Part shown: positions 30,198 through 39,155 of the stretch, piece by piece
Layout: each line of letters starts with the position of its first letter
Position numbering within the stretch: the stretch's first letter is position 1
Source of the DNA: Escherichia phage phi92
Length of the DNA stretch: 64,000 nt
Reading direction: 5' to 3' (one strand)
Sequence record: NC_023693.1
Program-made: the position numbers and the translations under genes
Notes under the pieces: model-generated
Told to the model about the DNA's origin: nothing
Databases searched by the model: none
What the model saw: only the letters and a program-made list of their open reading frames with translations

Positions 30198-31145
30198 TTA
30201 GAAACAGTGCAGGAAGTTTCGACCATACTGCAAACCAATAGGAGCAAATGGGATATCATCATCGAAATCTTGAACAACAGGTTCTGATTCTTTCGGTGCT
30301 GGCTCTTTCTTCTCTACTTTTTTAGTTTCTTTCTTAACTTCTTGTACTGAGGTAGACATTCCACGGATAGCAGCAGCTACTTTATCAGACAAAGCAAGAA
30401 CTTCACGAGCAGCTTCAATAATCTCTTCTGCCGTTACAGTTTTACCTGTATGATCACGACAAGCGTTAAGAATTGCGTGTCCAACTGAAGCACCAAGATC
30501 ATAGTCAGTCGCAGCAGCGCCACGATCTTTAGCAATTTCTGCTTTCAGAGTAACAGTTGCAGATTGTACCACACCAGCCAAGTCGAAAGCATCACCTTTC
30601 ACACCAGCACGTAGAAGCTCCAGAGCGCCGTTTACAGCGTGTCCTGTTTCAATCCCTACGGTATCACGTTTTTTGTAGTTAGGCTTGCTACCTTCGTTAT
30701 TAGATGGCTTATTTCCACCTTTTGAAGAAGATTGTGCTTGCTGAACACCTTCTGTTGAAAGAACAGTGATTTTACCTTTAGAGGAGTTGTAGTATGTTTT
30801 GCCATTCCATTCGGAAGGTTTAACATCTATAGTTACTTCTACACCTTTTTCGATAGTAATCCACTTATCACCATCTTTAACTTGCAGGTTTTCATGTTCT
30901 GGGTGCAGTTTAACTTCACCTAGGCTAACCCAAACACCTTTATCATCAGCACCAGCACCTTTCTCTTTAATAAGCAGAGATGCTTTGTGAGTTGATTCAA
31001 TTTTCTTATCTGGCTGACCTGCAACCTTAATATAAGAGACTTTCATTTCATCAAACTTATCCAGTTTGACATATTCAACGATACCTTCAGCCCAGAATGC
31101 TTCTTTTTTAGTACGACGGTCGATTTCAGAATTAATTACTGGCAT
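30198..31145 (-). CDS. ssb: single-stranded DNA-binding protein
   Basis: C-terminal acidic tail ...DFDDDIPF, the canonical SSB client-interaction tip; Gly/Ser-rich linker. Confidence 0.65.
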   Translation of the reverse strand: MPVINSEIDRRTKKEAFWAEGIVEYVKLDKFDEMKVSYIKVAGQPDKKIESTHKASLLIKEKGAGADDKGVWVSLGEVKLHPEHENLQVKDGDKWITIEKGVEVTIDVKPSEWNGKTYYNSSKGKITVLSTEGVQQAQSSSKGGNKPSNNEGSKPNYKKRDTVGIETGHAVNGALELLRAGVKGDAFDLAGVVQSATVTLKAEIAKDRGAAATDYDLGASVGHAILNACRDHTGKTVTAEEIIEAAREVLALSDKVAAAIRGMSTSVQEVKKETKKVEKKEPAPKESEPVVQDFDDDIPFAPIGLQYGRNFLHCF

Positions 31146-31161
31146 AAATTCTCCTCTATAA

Positions 31162-31560
31162 TTACATTACTTTAACACAAAACTCTCGTAAAAGAGTAGC
31201 GTCAGTTTCTTCCAACAGGTATTTACCAAGACCAATACCAAATCCTATTTCACCACTTTCGAAATGGAGGATTTGTATCTTTTCTCCACCAAGGTTAATT
31301 ACTTTTGCTTTTCCAGGATTATCCAAAACATCTCGTATTGTATCCTGTAGTAGCATTAGTTCACGTTTTGTGATAGTGGTTTCAGATATCTCTTTGTTTT
31401 CTACTCTCACTGTTAAACGGTTGTATCCACCAAAGAGACATAGTATTTGAATAAAAAAGGTATTATCTTGAGGTTCAACATCTTTTTTAGTTAGCTCAAG
31501 ACGATTAGTTTCTCTACTGTAGAACGTCTCGACTAAGATTTTAGAACGATTATCTGTCAT
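31162..31560 (-). CDS. hypothetical protein
   Basis: 132 aa ORF. Confidence 0.4.
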   Translation of the reverse strand: MTDNRSKILVETFYSRETNRLELTKKDVEPQDNTFFIQILCLFGGYNRLTVRVENKEISETTITKRELMLLQDTIRDVLDNPGKAKVINLGGEKIQILHFESGEIGFGIGLGKYLLEETDATLLREFCVKVM

Positions 31561-31603
31561 TCAAGTCCTCATAATAACACATAATTACAATGTTTGTCAA
31601 CAC

Positions 31604-32197
31604 TTAAATTTTAAATTCTTCATTGTTAAATGAATCCAGTGTACGTACTTCTGGTTCTTTGGGAATGAAAACGTCTTTTACAAAGCGGAACATAGGGAAA
31701 CGTTCTGCCATTTTACGGACGTGTGCTTCTTTACCTGTGTATCGGTGATTAATAGTGCAAATATTAGTTTTCAATGCAAATTCAAAATCTGGATGATATA
31801 CATAATTTTGACCATCCCAGTAACACAAGCAAATAGCTACATCAAAGTTCCATACGATTTCACTGCGTACACCTTCTTCCATGATCATAAAGTTAAACTT
31901 AAGATCTTTATAGTATGCTTCAAATACCCATTTCAAATGTGGTAGTTCGGCATAAGTGTGTTCTGTTTGCTTAGTAAGTTGTTTAACATTACGTGCACCA
32001 ACACCCAACATCAAAAATTTCTCTACTAATACGAGTGTATTGTGGTTAGGCATACGCAAGTAAATATCAATATCTTGCGCAGGTTTCTCTAATCGCCAAT
32101 CACGTACAGCGCCGCCAGCTACAATTGCAAACGGATCTACCAGTTGGCACATACGTAATACTTCTAAAGCTCGTACTTTTTGATCTTCAATATTCAT
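31604..32197 (-). CDS. minimal nucleotidyltransferase, CCA-adding enzyme/poly(A) polymerase head-domain-like
   Basis: FAIVAGGAVRDWRLEKPAQDIDIYL matches the GGAVRD...DxD signature of class II tRNA nucleotidyltransferases; only 197 aa. Confidence 0.5.
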   Translation of the reverse strand: MNIEDQKVRALEVLRMCQLVDPFAIVAGGAVRDWRLEKPAQDIDIYLRMPNHNTLVLVEKFLMLGVGARNVKQLTKQTEHTYAELPHLKWVFEAYYKDLKFNFMIMEEGVRSEIVWNFDVAICLCYWDGQNYVYHPDFEFALKTNICTINHRYTGKEAHVRKMAERFPMFRFVKDVFIPKEPEVRTLDSFNNEEFKI

Positions 32198-32232
32198 ATT
32201 TTCTCCTATCTCTTATGGTCTTTGCGTTATTC

Positions 32233-32250
32233 TAGATGTTCAAACATCTA
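32233..32250. repeat. 18 bp palindrome TAGATGTT-ca-AACATCTA (candidate operator), next to a hairpin at 32274-32303
   Basis: Perfect 8 bp inverted-repeat arms in the intergenic region between the DNA polymerase and nucleotidyltransferase genes. Confidence 0.4.
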
Positions 32251-32334
32251 ATTATGAAATGGTTTAAAAGTGCGGAACAACCTTGGCAATAACAGATTGT
32301 TCCACATAAAAACTCCTTTAAAATCAAAGAGTTG

Positions 32335-35300
32335 TCAGTGACAAGTTGACCATGAACTACCAACATCGTAACCAGCAGTGAGAGGTACATTAAGATTGTA
32401 ATACTCACCAGCTTTATTAACAGCGATAGATGCTAATTCTCCAGCACGACTGTAGGCTGTAAACCAACCACCTTTCGGAGATTCATGTACGTTAGCCCAA
32501 ATCTTGCCAGTACGTTTCTCTTCCTCTTCTTTCCAGGCATTAACTTTATCCAAACATTCTTTATCAATTTTCTTTTGTTCCTCTGGATCATCAACTTGAG
32601 TCCAACCTAAAGATTCTTTAGAGAACCATTTAAAATGCACCAGATCACGAGTTACTTCAAGCTGTGCTTCATCGTGATATGCAATCATTTGTTGAACGAA
32701 TGACTTATTTTTCCAGTCATCAACAAAAAAGTCAACAGCTAATCCTTCTTCTTCGATAAGATCGTCGTAGATAACCATTGCTCTTTTTGCACAAATAACA
32801 CCACCACTCTGGAACAGAGAGTTAAGTATTGCGTGTGCAGATCGTGTAGGTACTTTCCTACCATCAATACCAAGAATGTATTTCTTACCTGTTTTAACCC
32901 AAAAATCATGCAGACGTTCTTTAAGAAGCGCAAGAGGTTTTGCAGCTTCCCAGAAAGCATCGTATACAAGCTGTCCTGTATACATATCACTACCTATAGT
33001 TTTTGCTACTTTTGCAGCTTGAGCACCATAAGTAATACCATACTTAACAGATTTAGCAGGGCTTCGTTCAAACTTACGACCAATAGTGTCAGAAATACGT
33101 CGAGCCATCATTGTATGAACATCATTAGGTTTTTCCAATAATAGAGCATTACAATATTCGTGTGGTTCCTGCTCGTACCGCCAACAATTCCCTGTAATCG
33201 TGATGCAGTCTTTCTGACGCATAACCCATGTACCGAGTTCTGTTTGTGGACACCAAACATCTTCTACACCCCATTCTTCAATAGTCAGACTTTGAACAGG
33301 GATGTGAGAGCGGTTAGCCAACGTTGCCACTTTTACTTTCTGGTCTTTCGTATTGAAGGCTACAGAAATATTACCCCCATGAACCAGGTATGAGGCAGTT
33401 AAGGCTGCTTCAAAAAGTTCTCCTGGGTTCTGCGCCCAGCGCCAAACAGGTTTTTGTTTATGTTTGTGCCAGTAACCATCCGCAATCAAAAAACCTTCCA
33501 AGAAAGCCACACGCTCGGCATGAGACATATTAACTACACGTTCTACCCACGGAACATCCCATTTACCTTGTTGAACAGAAGTTAAACTATTTACTTGATC
33601 TTGTTCCATGTTAAATGGAGCATTACAAATAATGTTATCTCCTGTGCAAAGCTCGGCAGTTGTTCTGACTTTAGGCACATAAGTATTCCCTGTACTACGA
33701 GTATTAACATACCAACGGTGATCTGCTGTTGCACGATAAGTATGGGATTTTCCTTTAATCTCAAACGTCTTACTATTTTTATAGAAGACCTTACCTTTTA
33801 CTTTAGTCCATTCTTTAAGTCCTGTTTCTGGGTTATATCCTAAGATTTCATCCCCTTCTTGTAGATCGTGATAACCAACCCAACCTTTACGGGTTAGTGC
33901 TTGTGCATCCATAGGTACACAGTAGTGTGATTCTATTTTTGCCTCAAGAGAATCAAAGTCATAACCAATTTGGAAGTATTTTGGAACTTCTACACCAAAT
34001 AAGTTACGCATTTCATATCCGTACAGAGATGTTACACGTGGGATATTTGCTACTAACCTATGTTTCATACGAGACGTAGCTGCATCACACGTTGCAGCAG
34101 GAGTTGGTATACGACCATCAGCCCTTACTGCTGCCAGATAACCTTTATCGTAATCCTCTTCATCTTCTTCCCAATCAGCACCACCTCCTAGAATAGAGTT
34201 CCTACGGTGTTTATACGTAAGATACTGCACAATCTGCGTAGCATAAGGAAACTTTTCACCTAGTGCTTCCAAGTTAGGACAAATATCTTTCTCTTGCCCT
34301 TTTGTAAAGGAAGGGTTAGTAAGCACTTTAACACCACGACCTTTAGCTTTAGCAATACGATCTCTTAGTTTCCATTCCAAAGTTTCTGGTGTGCACTCCA
34401 GATGATCACATCTGTCCTGGCAGAAGTTAGATGCCAATGTTTGATCAACATAGTCACGAATAGCTTTCTCCATTTGTGCTTCATCTTTCTTAATCTTAGT
34501 GCCAGATTTAAGAGTGATATCTTTATCTTTATATTCAGATGGACTCCAACCTAAACCAACTAACCAGTTTTTAATATGTGTCGTGTCGTCTAAAGTAGCA
34601 GGTACTGTAGGATCACAAATAGGTTCTTCTGCTGGAATAGGTAGTTTAAACTCTTTACCTAAAGCAAATAACCACCAACCATCTTCTTTTTGTACAAGTT
34701 CACCAGAATGTTTCTCTGCAAACTTTATCATGTTACTTGAAGGTTCACCATTCTTTTTAAACTGTAGTTTAGGTGGAATGAATGATTTCAAATAACCTTT
34801 AGTAGCAGGTTTAGGAGGTAGCACAGGTTCTGCCTCTAAACGACATGCTTCCATTCGAGCATCCAGATCACGAATATTATCTTCTGCTTGTTTCATATTG
34901 AAAGCAAAGCCACGGTGCTCTTGACGTGTAATAATATCCGCTACACGTTGTTCTAAGTTAAATGGTTCAGACCACTTATTATAATCACCCCACTCTTCCA
35001 TCAAATAACGGAACACTGCGGTGTTAGCTTTGTTATCGTAAATACAGTAATACAGCATATCTGCTGCAAATGTTTTAAATCTTTCAGTTTCAGGGATATT
35101 TTTTCTAAAATCAATTTTAACATCCCCTCCAGCTTTCTTAGATAACTCTGCCAGACTATGACCACCGAAGCGATCAGGGTTTAGTGTCTTACTTAAGATC
35201 ATAGTATCACAAATTTCAATGTTACTATTACCCCAAGTATTGTACTTAATACTGTAGTTGAGTTTAAAAAATAATTTAATTGCCAGTAAGTCAAAGTTAA

Positions 35301-35649
35301 TGATGTTATGTCCAACTACTTTGGTAATTTTATAGTTTGAATTACCTTTAAATTTACCTGTTCCATTTACAAAATCAGGAAAATCTTTAAGAGGGAAATG
35401 GGTATATTCTAAATGCTCATATTCCTCCAGTCGGTATTCATACTTTCCGTCAGTCTCAACATACGGACGACCATCGAAAAGATATTTATCACCATCATGG
35501 AAAGCAATAATCTCTCCAGTATCATGACTTTCGCACACAATACAGTGCATTGCAAAACTATCTTTTAAACGATATGGACTTGCCAAGTAATCTACACTTT
35601 CGTCATTAAGCAAGTTGTTACTTTCAATGTCGAAAGTAAAAGCTCCCAT
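32335..35649 (-). CDS. DNA polymerase, family A (T7-like) with 3'-5' exonuclease domain; intein-containing
   Basis: Exo I motif FDIES near the N-terminus; motif A-like GYDFDSLEAKIESHY; motif B-like RKFERSPAKSVKYGITYGAQAAK; NDVHT; a ~245 aa insertion between motif A and the following conserved segment. Confidence 0.75.
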   Translation of the reverse strand: MGAFTFDIESNNLLNDESVDYLASPYRLKDSFAMHCIVCESHDTGEIIAFHDGDKYLFDGRPYVETDGKYEYRLEEYEHLEYTHFPLKDFPDFVNGTGKFKGNSNYKITKVVGHNIINFDLLAIKLFFKLNYSIKYNTWGNSNIEICDTMILSKTLNPDRFGGHSLAELSKKAGGDVKIDFRKNIPETERFKTFAADMLYYCIYDNKANTAVFRYLMEEWGDYNKWSEPFNLEQRVADIITRQEHRGFAFNMKQAEDNIRDLDARMEACRLEAEPVLPPKPATKGYLKSFIPPKLQFKKNGEPSSNMIKFAEKHSGELVQKEDGWWLFALGKEFKLPIPAEEPICDPTVPATLDDTTHIKNWLVGLGWSPSEYKDKDITLKSGTKIKKDEAQMEKAIRDYVDQTLASNFCQDRCDHLECTPETLEWKLRDRIAKAKGRGVKVLTNPSFTKGQEKDICPNLEALGEKFPYATQIVQYLTYKHRRNSILGGGADWEEDEEDYDKGYLAAVRADGRIPTPAATCDAATSRMKHRLVANIPRVTSLYGYEMRNLFGVEVPKYFQIGYDFDSLEAKIESHYCVPMDAQALTRKGWVGYHDLQEGDEILGYNPETGLKEWTKVKGKVFYKNSKTFEIKGKSHTYRATADHRWYVNTRSTGNTYVPKVRTTAELCTGDNIICNAPFNMEQDQVNSLTSVQQGKWDVPWVERVVNMSHAERVAFLEGFLIADGYWHKHKQKPVWRWAQNPGELFEAALTASYLVHGGNISVAFNTKDQKVKVATLANRSHIPVQSLTIEEWGVEDVWCPQTELGTWVMRQKDCITITGNCWRYEQEPHEYCNALLLEKPNDVHTMMARRISDTIGRKFERSPAKSVKYGITYGAQAAKVAKTIGSDMYTGQLVYDAFWEAAKPLALLKERLHDFWVKTGKKYILGIDGRKVPTRSAHAILNSLFQSGGVICAKRAMVIYDDLIEEEGLAVDFFVDDWKNKSFVQQMIAYHDEAQLEVTRDLVHFKWFSKESLGWTQVDDPEEQKKIDKECLDKVNAWKEEEEKRTGKIWANVHESPKGGWFTAYSRAGELASIAVNKAGEYYNLNVPLTAGYDVGSSWSTCH
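33187..33921 (-). mobile_element. intein (aa 577-821 of the polymerase ORF) with one LAGLIDADG-like motif
   Basis: Starts with Cys (CVPMD...), TxxH block (TADHRW), LAGLIDADG-like FLEGFLIADGY, ends ...ITGN with +1 Cys (CWRY); removing it restores a contiguous motif A segment. Confidence 0.6.
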
Positions 35650-35690
35650 TCTCCCTCCTTAAAATATTTCTAAAGTCTTAATTTGTTAAT

Positions 35691-35718
35691 ACTGTACCAC
35701 AAATTAATTGTTTTGTAA
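35691..35718 (-). promoter_or_regulatory. possible sigma70-like promoter upstream of the DNA polymerase gene (-35 TTTACA, -10 TACAGT)
   Basis: On the - strand, TTTACA, 16 nt spacer, TACAGT, about 40 nt upstream of the start; overlaps a GC hairpin (35716-35734) that follows the upstream gene. Confidence 0.3.
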
Positions 35719-35739
35719 AGGGGCTTTCGCCCCTTCTTG

Positions 35740-36135
35740 TTATTTATTGTCAGCACTTAGTTGTACTTTAATAAGGCAATTAGGGACACCATTGGTATTT
35801 CTCAAGCCTACACGTTCAATTTTAACAGTGCCTGTCAAACCATTAAAAGTGGAAACAATGTTATTAATGTTTTCATCCTTACTAGTGATATCAAGAATAA
35901 CTTTATCACTGACATTTTTCAACATACGATCTACAAGCTCTCCCACAAAACCACTGGTAGTTTGAATGAGAAGGTATAGACAACCATCCTCAAACCACAA
36001 ATGTTCACCATAAGCATAACCGTATGGTTCTAATTCTGATCCGTCTTGAAATTTAAACTTAGCAATAGTTTTCGTATAATCATACGCTAAAGCAGAAGGG
36101 CATACCCCATAGAGGATGTTTTCGTTGTCTTTCAT
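35740..36135 (-). CDS. hypothetical protein
   Basis: The ORF track gives 35740-36264; the internal ATG at 36135 (MKDNEN...) has AAGGAG RBS and avoids overlap with the primase-helicase gene. Confidence 0.45.
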   Translation of the reverse strand: MKDNENILYGVCPSALAYDYTKTIAKFKFQDGSELEPYGYAYGEHLWFEDGCLYLLIQTTSGFVGELVDRMLKNVSDKVILDITSKDENINNIVSTFNGLTGTVKIERVGLRNTNGVPNCLIKVQLSADNK

Positions 36136-36145
36136 ATTTTTCTCC

Positions 36146-37918
36146 TTAATAAGAACCAGCAGAAATATTTTCTGGGTTACTTGTGTATTGATCGTAATCG
36201 TGAAGTGTAGCTGTTTTAATCTCATAGAAGAAACTACCTGCTGCACCAGTCTCTGAGAACTCACGGTTCTTTAGAATGTAGCAATATGTGCGGTTACGTT
36301 CCATAGGATCTTCAGCTTGTTTATCACGCTCCAGCGCAATTGTGATACCAGCACCTTTAGCAAGGAAGCTACTACCCATTGCATCATCTTCTACAATATG
36401 TTCATTACTATTGTTAGAAGACTTTTTAACGTGTGAAATTACAACAATGGTTATTGCATACTCTTTCATAATGCGTTTGAGCCACGTCGCAAGTTCCTCT
36501 TGTTGTGACACGTCCATACCAGAAAGCAAATCAGAATAAGGGTCGATAACAAGAATGGTTACTCCGAAATAAATAATCATTTCCAGAACCTTCTCTTTAA
36601 TCACATCTACGTTAGCTCCACGATCATCACAAACATAGAAACGTGGTGTTCCATCTTCTCGTTCGTAAAAATCACGAATCTTTTCCTCATTATCTTTTAA
36701 AATCTTTTCCTTCTCTTCTTTCGTTTTACGGTGAAGAGGGATATGCAAGAATGAAGACAGTAAGTTACGAGAATACTTCTTATACGTTGCCTCCAAAGAT
36801 AAAATACCAAGAGTATGTTCTGGATGTGCAAGAATAATGTGCTTCGTAATCTCGTTAACCAACAGTGTCTTACCGATACTTGTTTTTGCAAGTATAACAG
36901 TAATTTCTTCTTCTACCAAGCCTCCACCTAACATATTTGAAGCAACACGCATGAATGGAGGAAGGGTGATCATTTTAGCTTCCAGGCATTCCAAGGCTGC
37001 TTCATACAGTACGTTAGAAGCGTAAACACCAGCAGGTGTGTACAGTTTAGCTTTGAAAAAGCGATCAATAAAATGATCAATTTTTCCTTCTACTAGCGCC
37101 TGGTTAGGATCTTTAACATCCGTTAGTTCCATCACGTAAACTTTATTACGTGGTAAGATTTTAACACATTTCTCAACTGCTGCACGTCCAGCTTCATCAT
37201 TATCCATACATAGAACAATCTTTTTAAATTGATCTAAGAATTTATAACGATGTTGAAGCTGCTTATGCAGAGATGTTTCGCCACAAGTACCAGATACTAC
37301 AGCAGGAACAGGATATTTACCACCCTTGTTATAATCTTTTAGCATCTGTGTTGCAGCCAGCATATCGTGTTCACCACCAACGATTAGAATAGTACCGCTG
37401 TGGTTACGATATTTAAACTCCCCAAAAAGATCACAATCCTTTCCTGTTTCACCGATAGGATGTGAGAAATCTTTTGGATCGATACGTTGTTTATACCCAG
37501 CAATATTGTAATCTTTAGTTGTAGGGTACAGTGTTGAAATTACTTCGCCAGTAGCTTCATCGTACATATAACGTACACCGAAAGGCTTAGAGATATCTTC
37601 ACGAATACCTCGATAACCTTTTGGATTAGTTCCAGTGCTGGCTTTTAGTTTATCATGTACTTCTGGATTAAACTCACTACCCAAGATATCCTCCTCTTCA
37701 ATTTCTTCGCCGTGTGCATTTAACCATTTTTGATCAGGGATAGTAAAGCCACAAGAAAAACAATGTGCGCCTCGATGGTCTTCATCGGCATCTAAGCCAT
37801 ATACCATCAAATTGTTTTGTGATCGATCACGCCCTCCTTTCATACAACGAGGACACCCAGTATGTCCTTCTTGACTTAGATCAATGTTATACCCATATTT
37901 ATTTACAACATAAGACAC
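36146..37918 (-). CDS. bifunctional DNA primase/helicase (T7 gp4-like)
   Basis: N-terminal zinc ribbon (CPRC...CFSCG), TOPRIM-like ILIVGGEHD, DnaB-like helicase Walker A (AKTSIGKT) and downstream helicase motifs. Confidence 0.7.
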   Translation of the reverse strand: MSYVVNKYGYNIDLSQEGHTGCPRCMKGGRDRSQNNLMVYGLDADEDHRGAHCFSCGFTIPDQKWLNAHGEEIEEEDILGSEFNPEVHDKLKASTGTNPKGYRGIREDISKPFGVRYMYDEATGEVISTLYPTTKDYNIAGYKQRIDPKDFSHPIGETGKDCDLFGEFKYRNHSGTILIVGGEHDMLAATQMLKDYNKGGKYPVPAVVSGTCGETSLHKQLQHRYKFLDQFKKIVLCMDNDEAGRAAVEKCVKILPRNKVYVMELTDVKDPNQALVEGKIDHFIDRFFKAKLYTPAGVYASNVLYEAALECLEAKMITLPPFMRVASNMLGGGLVEEEITVILAKTSIGKTLLVNEITKHIILAHPEHTLGILSLEATYKKYSRNLLSSFLHIPLHRKTKEEKEKILKDNEEKIRDFYEREDGTPRFYVCDDRGANVDVIKEKVLEMIIYFGVTILVIDPYSDLLSGMDVSQQEELATWLKRIMKEYAITIVVISHVKKSSNNSNEHIVEDDAMGSSFLAKGAGITIALERDKQAEDPMERNRTYCYILKNREFSETGAAGSFFYEIKTATLHDYDQYTSNPENISAGSY

Positions 37919-37930
37919 ATGATTCTCCTA

Positions 37931-38200
37931 CTAAAATGATTCGTTTGTCTCCATAATATATTGCATTTCCAAATCTTCCATATGTTTCTTAAATTGGTAA
38001 ACAATTTCCGATGGGGAAATATCTATATCAAAAAGTTCTTTTGTACCAGAATAAAATCTAATACCATCAACAATAAGACCACCATAATAATCCCAATCAC
38101 TTTCTCGTGAGAAAGGATTAGGTTCTTCATAATAGTAATCTACTTCAACAATAATAGGTTCTTTATTATCTTGTTTATACTCAAAATCAAAAGTGTTCAT
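37931..38200 (-). CDS. hypothetical protein
   Basis: 89 aa acidic ORF. Confidence 0.4.
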   Translation of the reverse strand: MNTFDFEYKQDNKEPIIVEVDYYYEEPNPFSRESDWDYYGGLIVDGIRFYSGTKELFDIDISPSEIVYQFKKHMEDLEMQYIMETNESF

Positions 38201-39144
38201 TATAAATCCTCGATAAGCAGTCTGCGGGTTTCATTTAAATCATCAATATTGTAGTTATCTCTTACATACTTAGCAAGAGCCAATCCTTTCTCAATACAAA
38301 CATCAGGAGATTCGATTAAGTATTCTACAATATCTTTCCACTCTTTAACTGAATCAGCAAAGAAGATTAGATCTTTAAATTCTTCAGTATAGTAGTTCTC
38401 TCGTGGTGAACAAACGAGTGGCAAACCTTTAGCACCAGCTTCAAGAATTTTTAAATTACTTTTGGCATTATTAAAATGATTATTTACTAATGGAGCTATG
38501 GAGATTTGATGACCATCGTATGCTTCCATATAACACTCATAAGGACGAATACCTTCATAAACACAACCTGGTTGAATATCTTCTTTAATTTGCAACCATT
38601 GAGCACTACTTAACTCTTCGTGATCTCTACGAAATCCACATAAAGTTAAATCTTTACCAAAATCAGGAAGAATTGCTAAATCATGTTTATGTGTTTCACT
38701 TCCCGCCCAAACTAGTGGACTTTTAGAATAACGGTCTTTAGTAAGAACAAACTGTCCTTCATCAAAAGGTAATCCGTTAGGCACAATATGTACATTATCA
38801 TTGTATTGGCTTAATTCAACCTTTAATGCCGGAGTTGTTGTGGTTACAAGATCGCTTCTTTCAAGGAACCATTTTAGGTCATCTCGGATTTGATTTTCAA
38901 ATAGTCCTTCAAGCATATGCCCTTCAGGAATAATTAAAGAATCATCCAGATCCATTACCAATTTAAACCCAATTTGTTTAAGAGCCAGGAAACCTGGCTT
39001 TCCACGTGTTGGTACTCCATTGAACACAAAAATATTATGCTTAGGATTAATGGTCAGTTTGCGTTTATATGGCAAAATGATTCTATGAAAATCACATACA
39101 CTATACTTTTCATTTCCGCGTGTGTCAAGAATAATATTAGGCAT
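38200..39144 (-). CDS. putative glycosyltransferase, GT-B fold-like (paralog 1)
   Basis: C-terminal KSNLKILEAGAKGLPLVCSP resembles the nucleotide-sugar-binding helix of GT-B enzymes; clear paralogy with the adjacent gene (CDFHRI.., WAGSETH.., LKILEAGAKGLP). Confidence 0.4.
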   Translation of the reverse strand: MPNIILDTRGNEKYSVCDFHRIILPYKRKLTINPKHNIFVFNGVPTRGKPGFLALKQIGFKLVMDLDDSLIIPEGHMLEGLFENQIRDDLKWFLERSDLVTTTTPALKVELSQYNDNVHIVPNGLPFDEGQFVLTKDRYSKSPLVWAGSETHKHDLAILPDFGKDLTLCGFRRDHEELSSAQWLQIKEDIQPGCVYEGIRPYECYMEAYDGHQISIAPLVNNHFNNAKSNLKILEAGAKGLPLVCSPRENYYTEEFKDLIFFADSVKEWKDIVEYLIESPDVCIEKGLALAKYVRDNYNIDDLNETRRLLIEDL

Positions 39145-39155
39145 ATAACTCCTTG

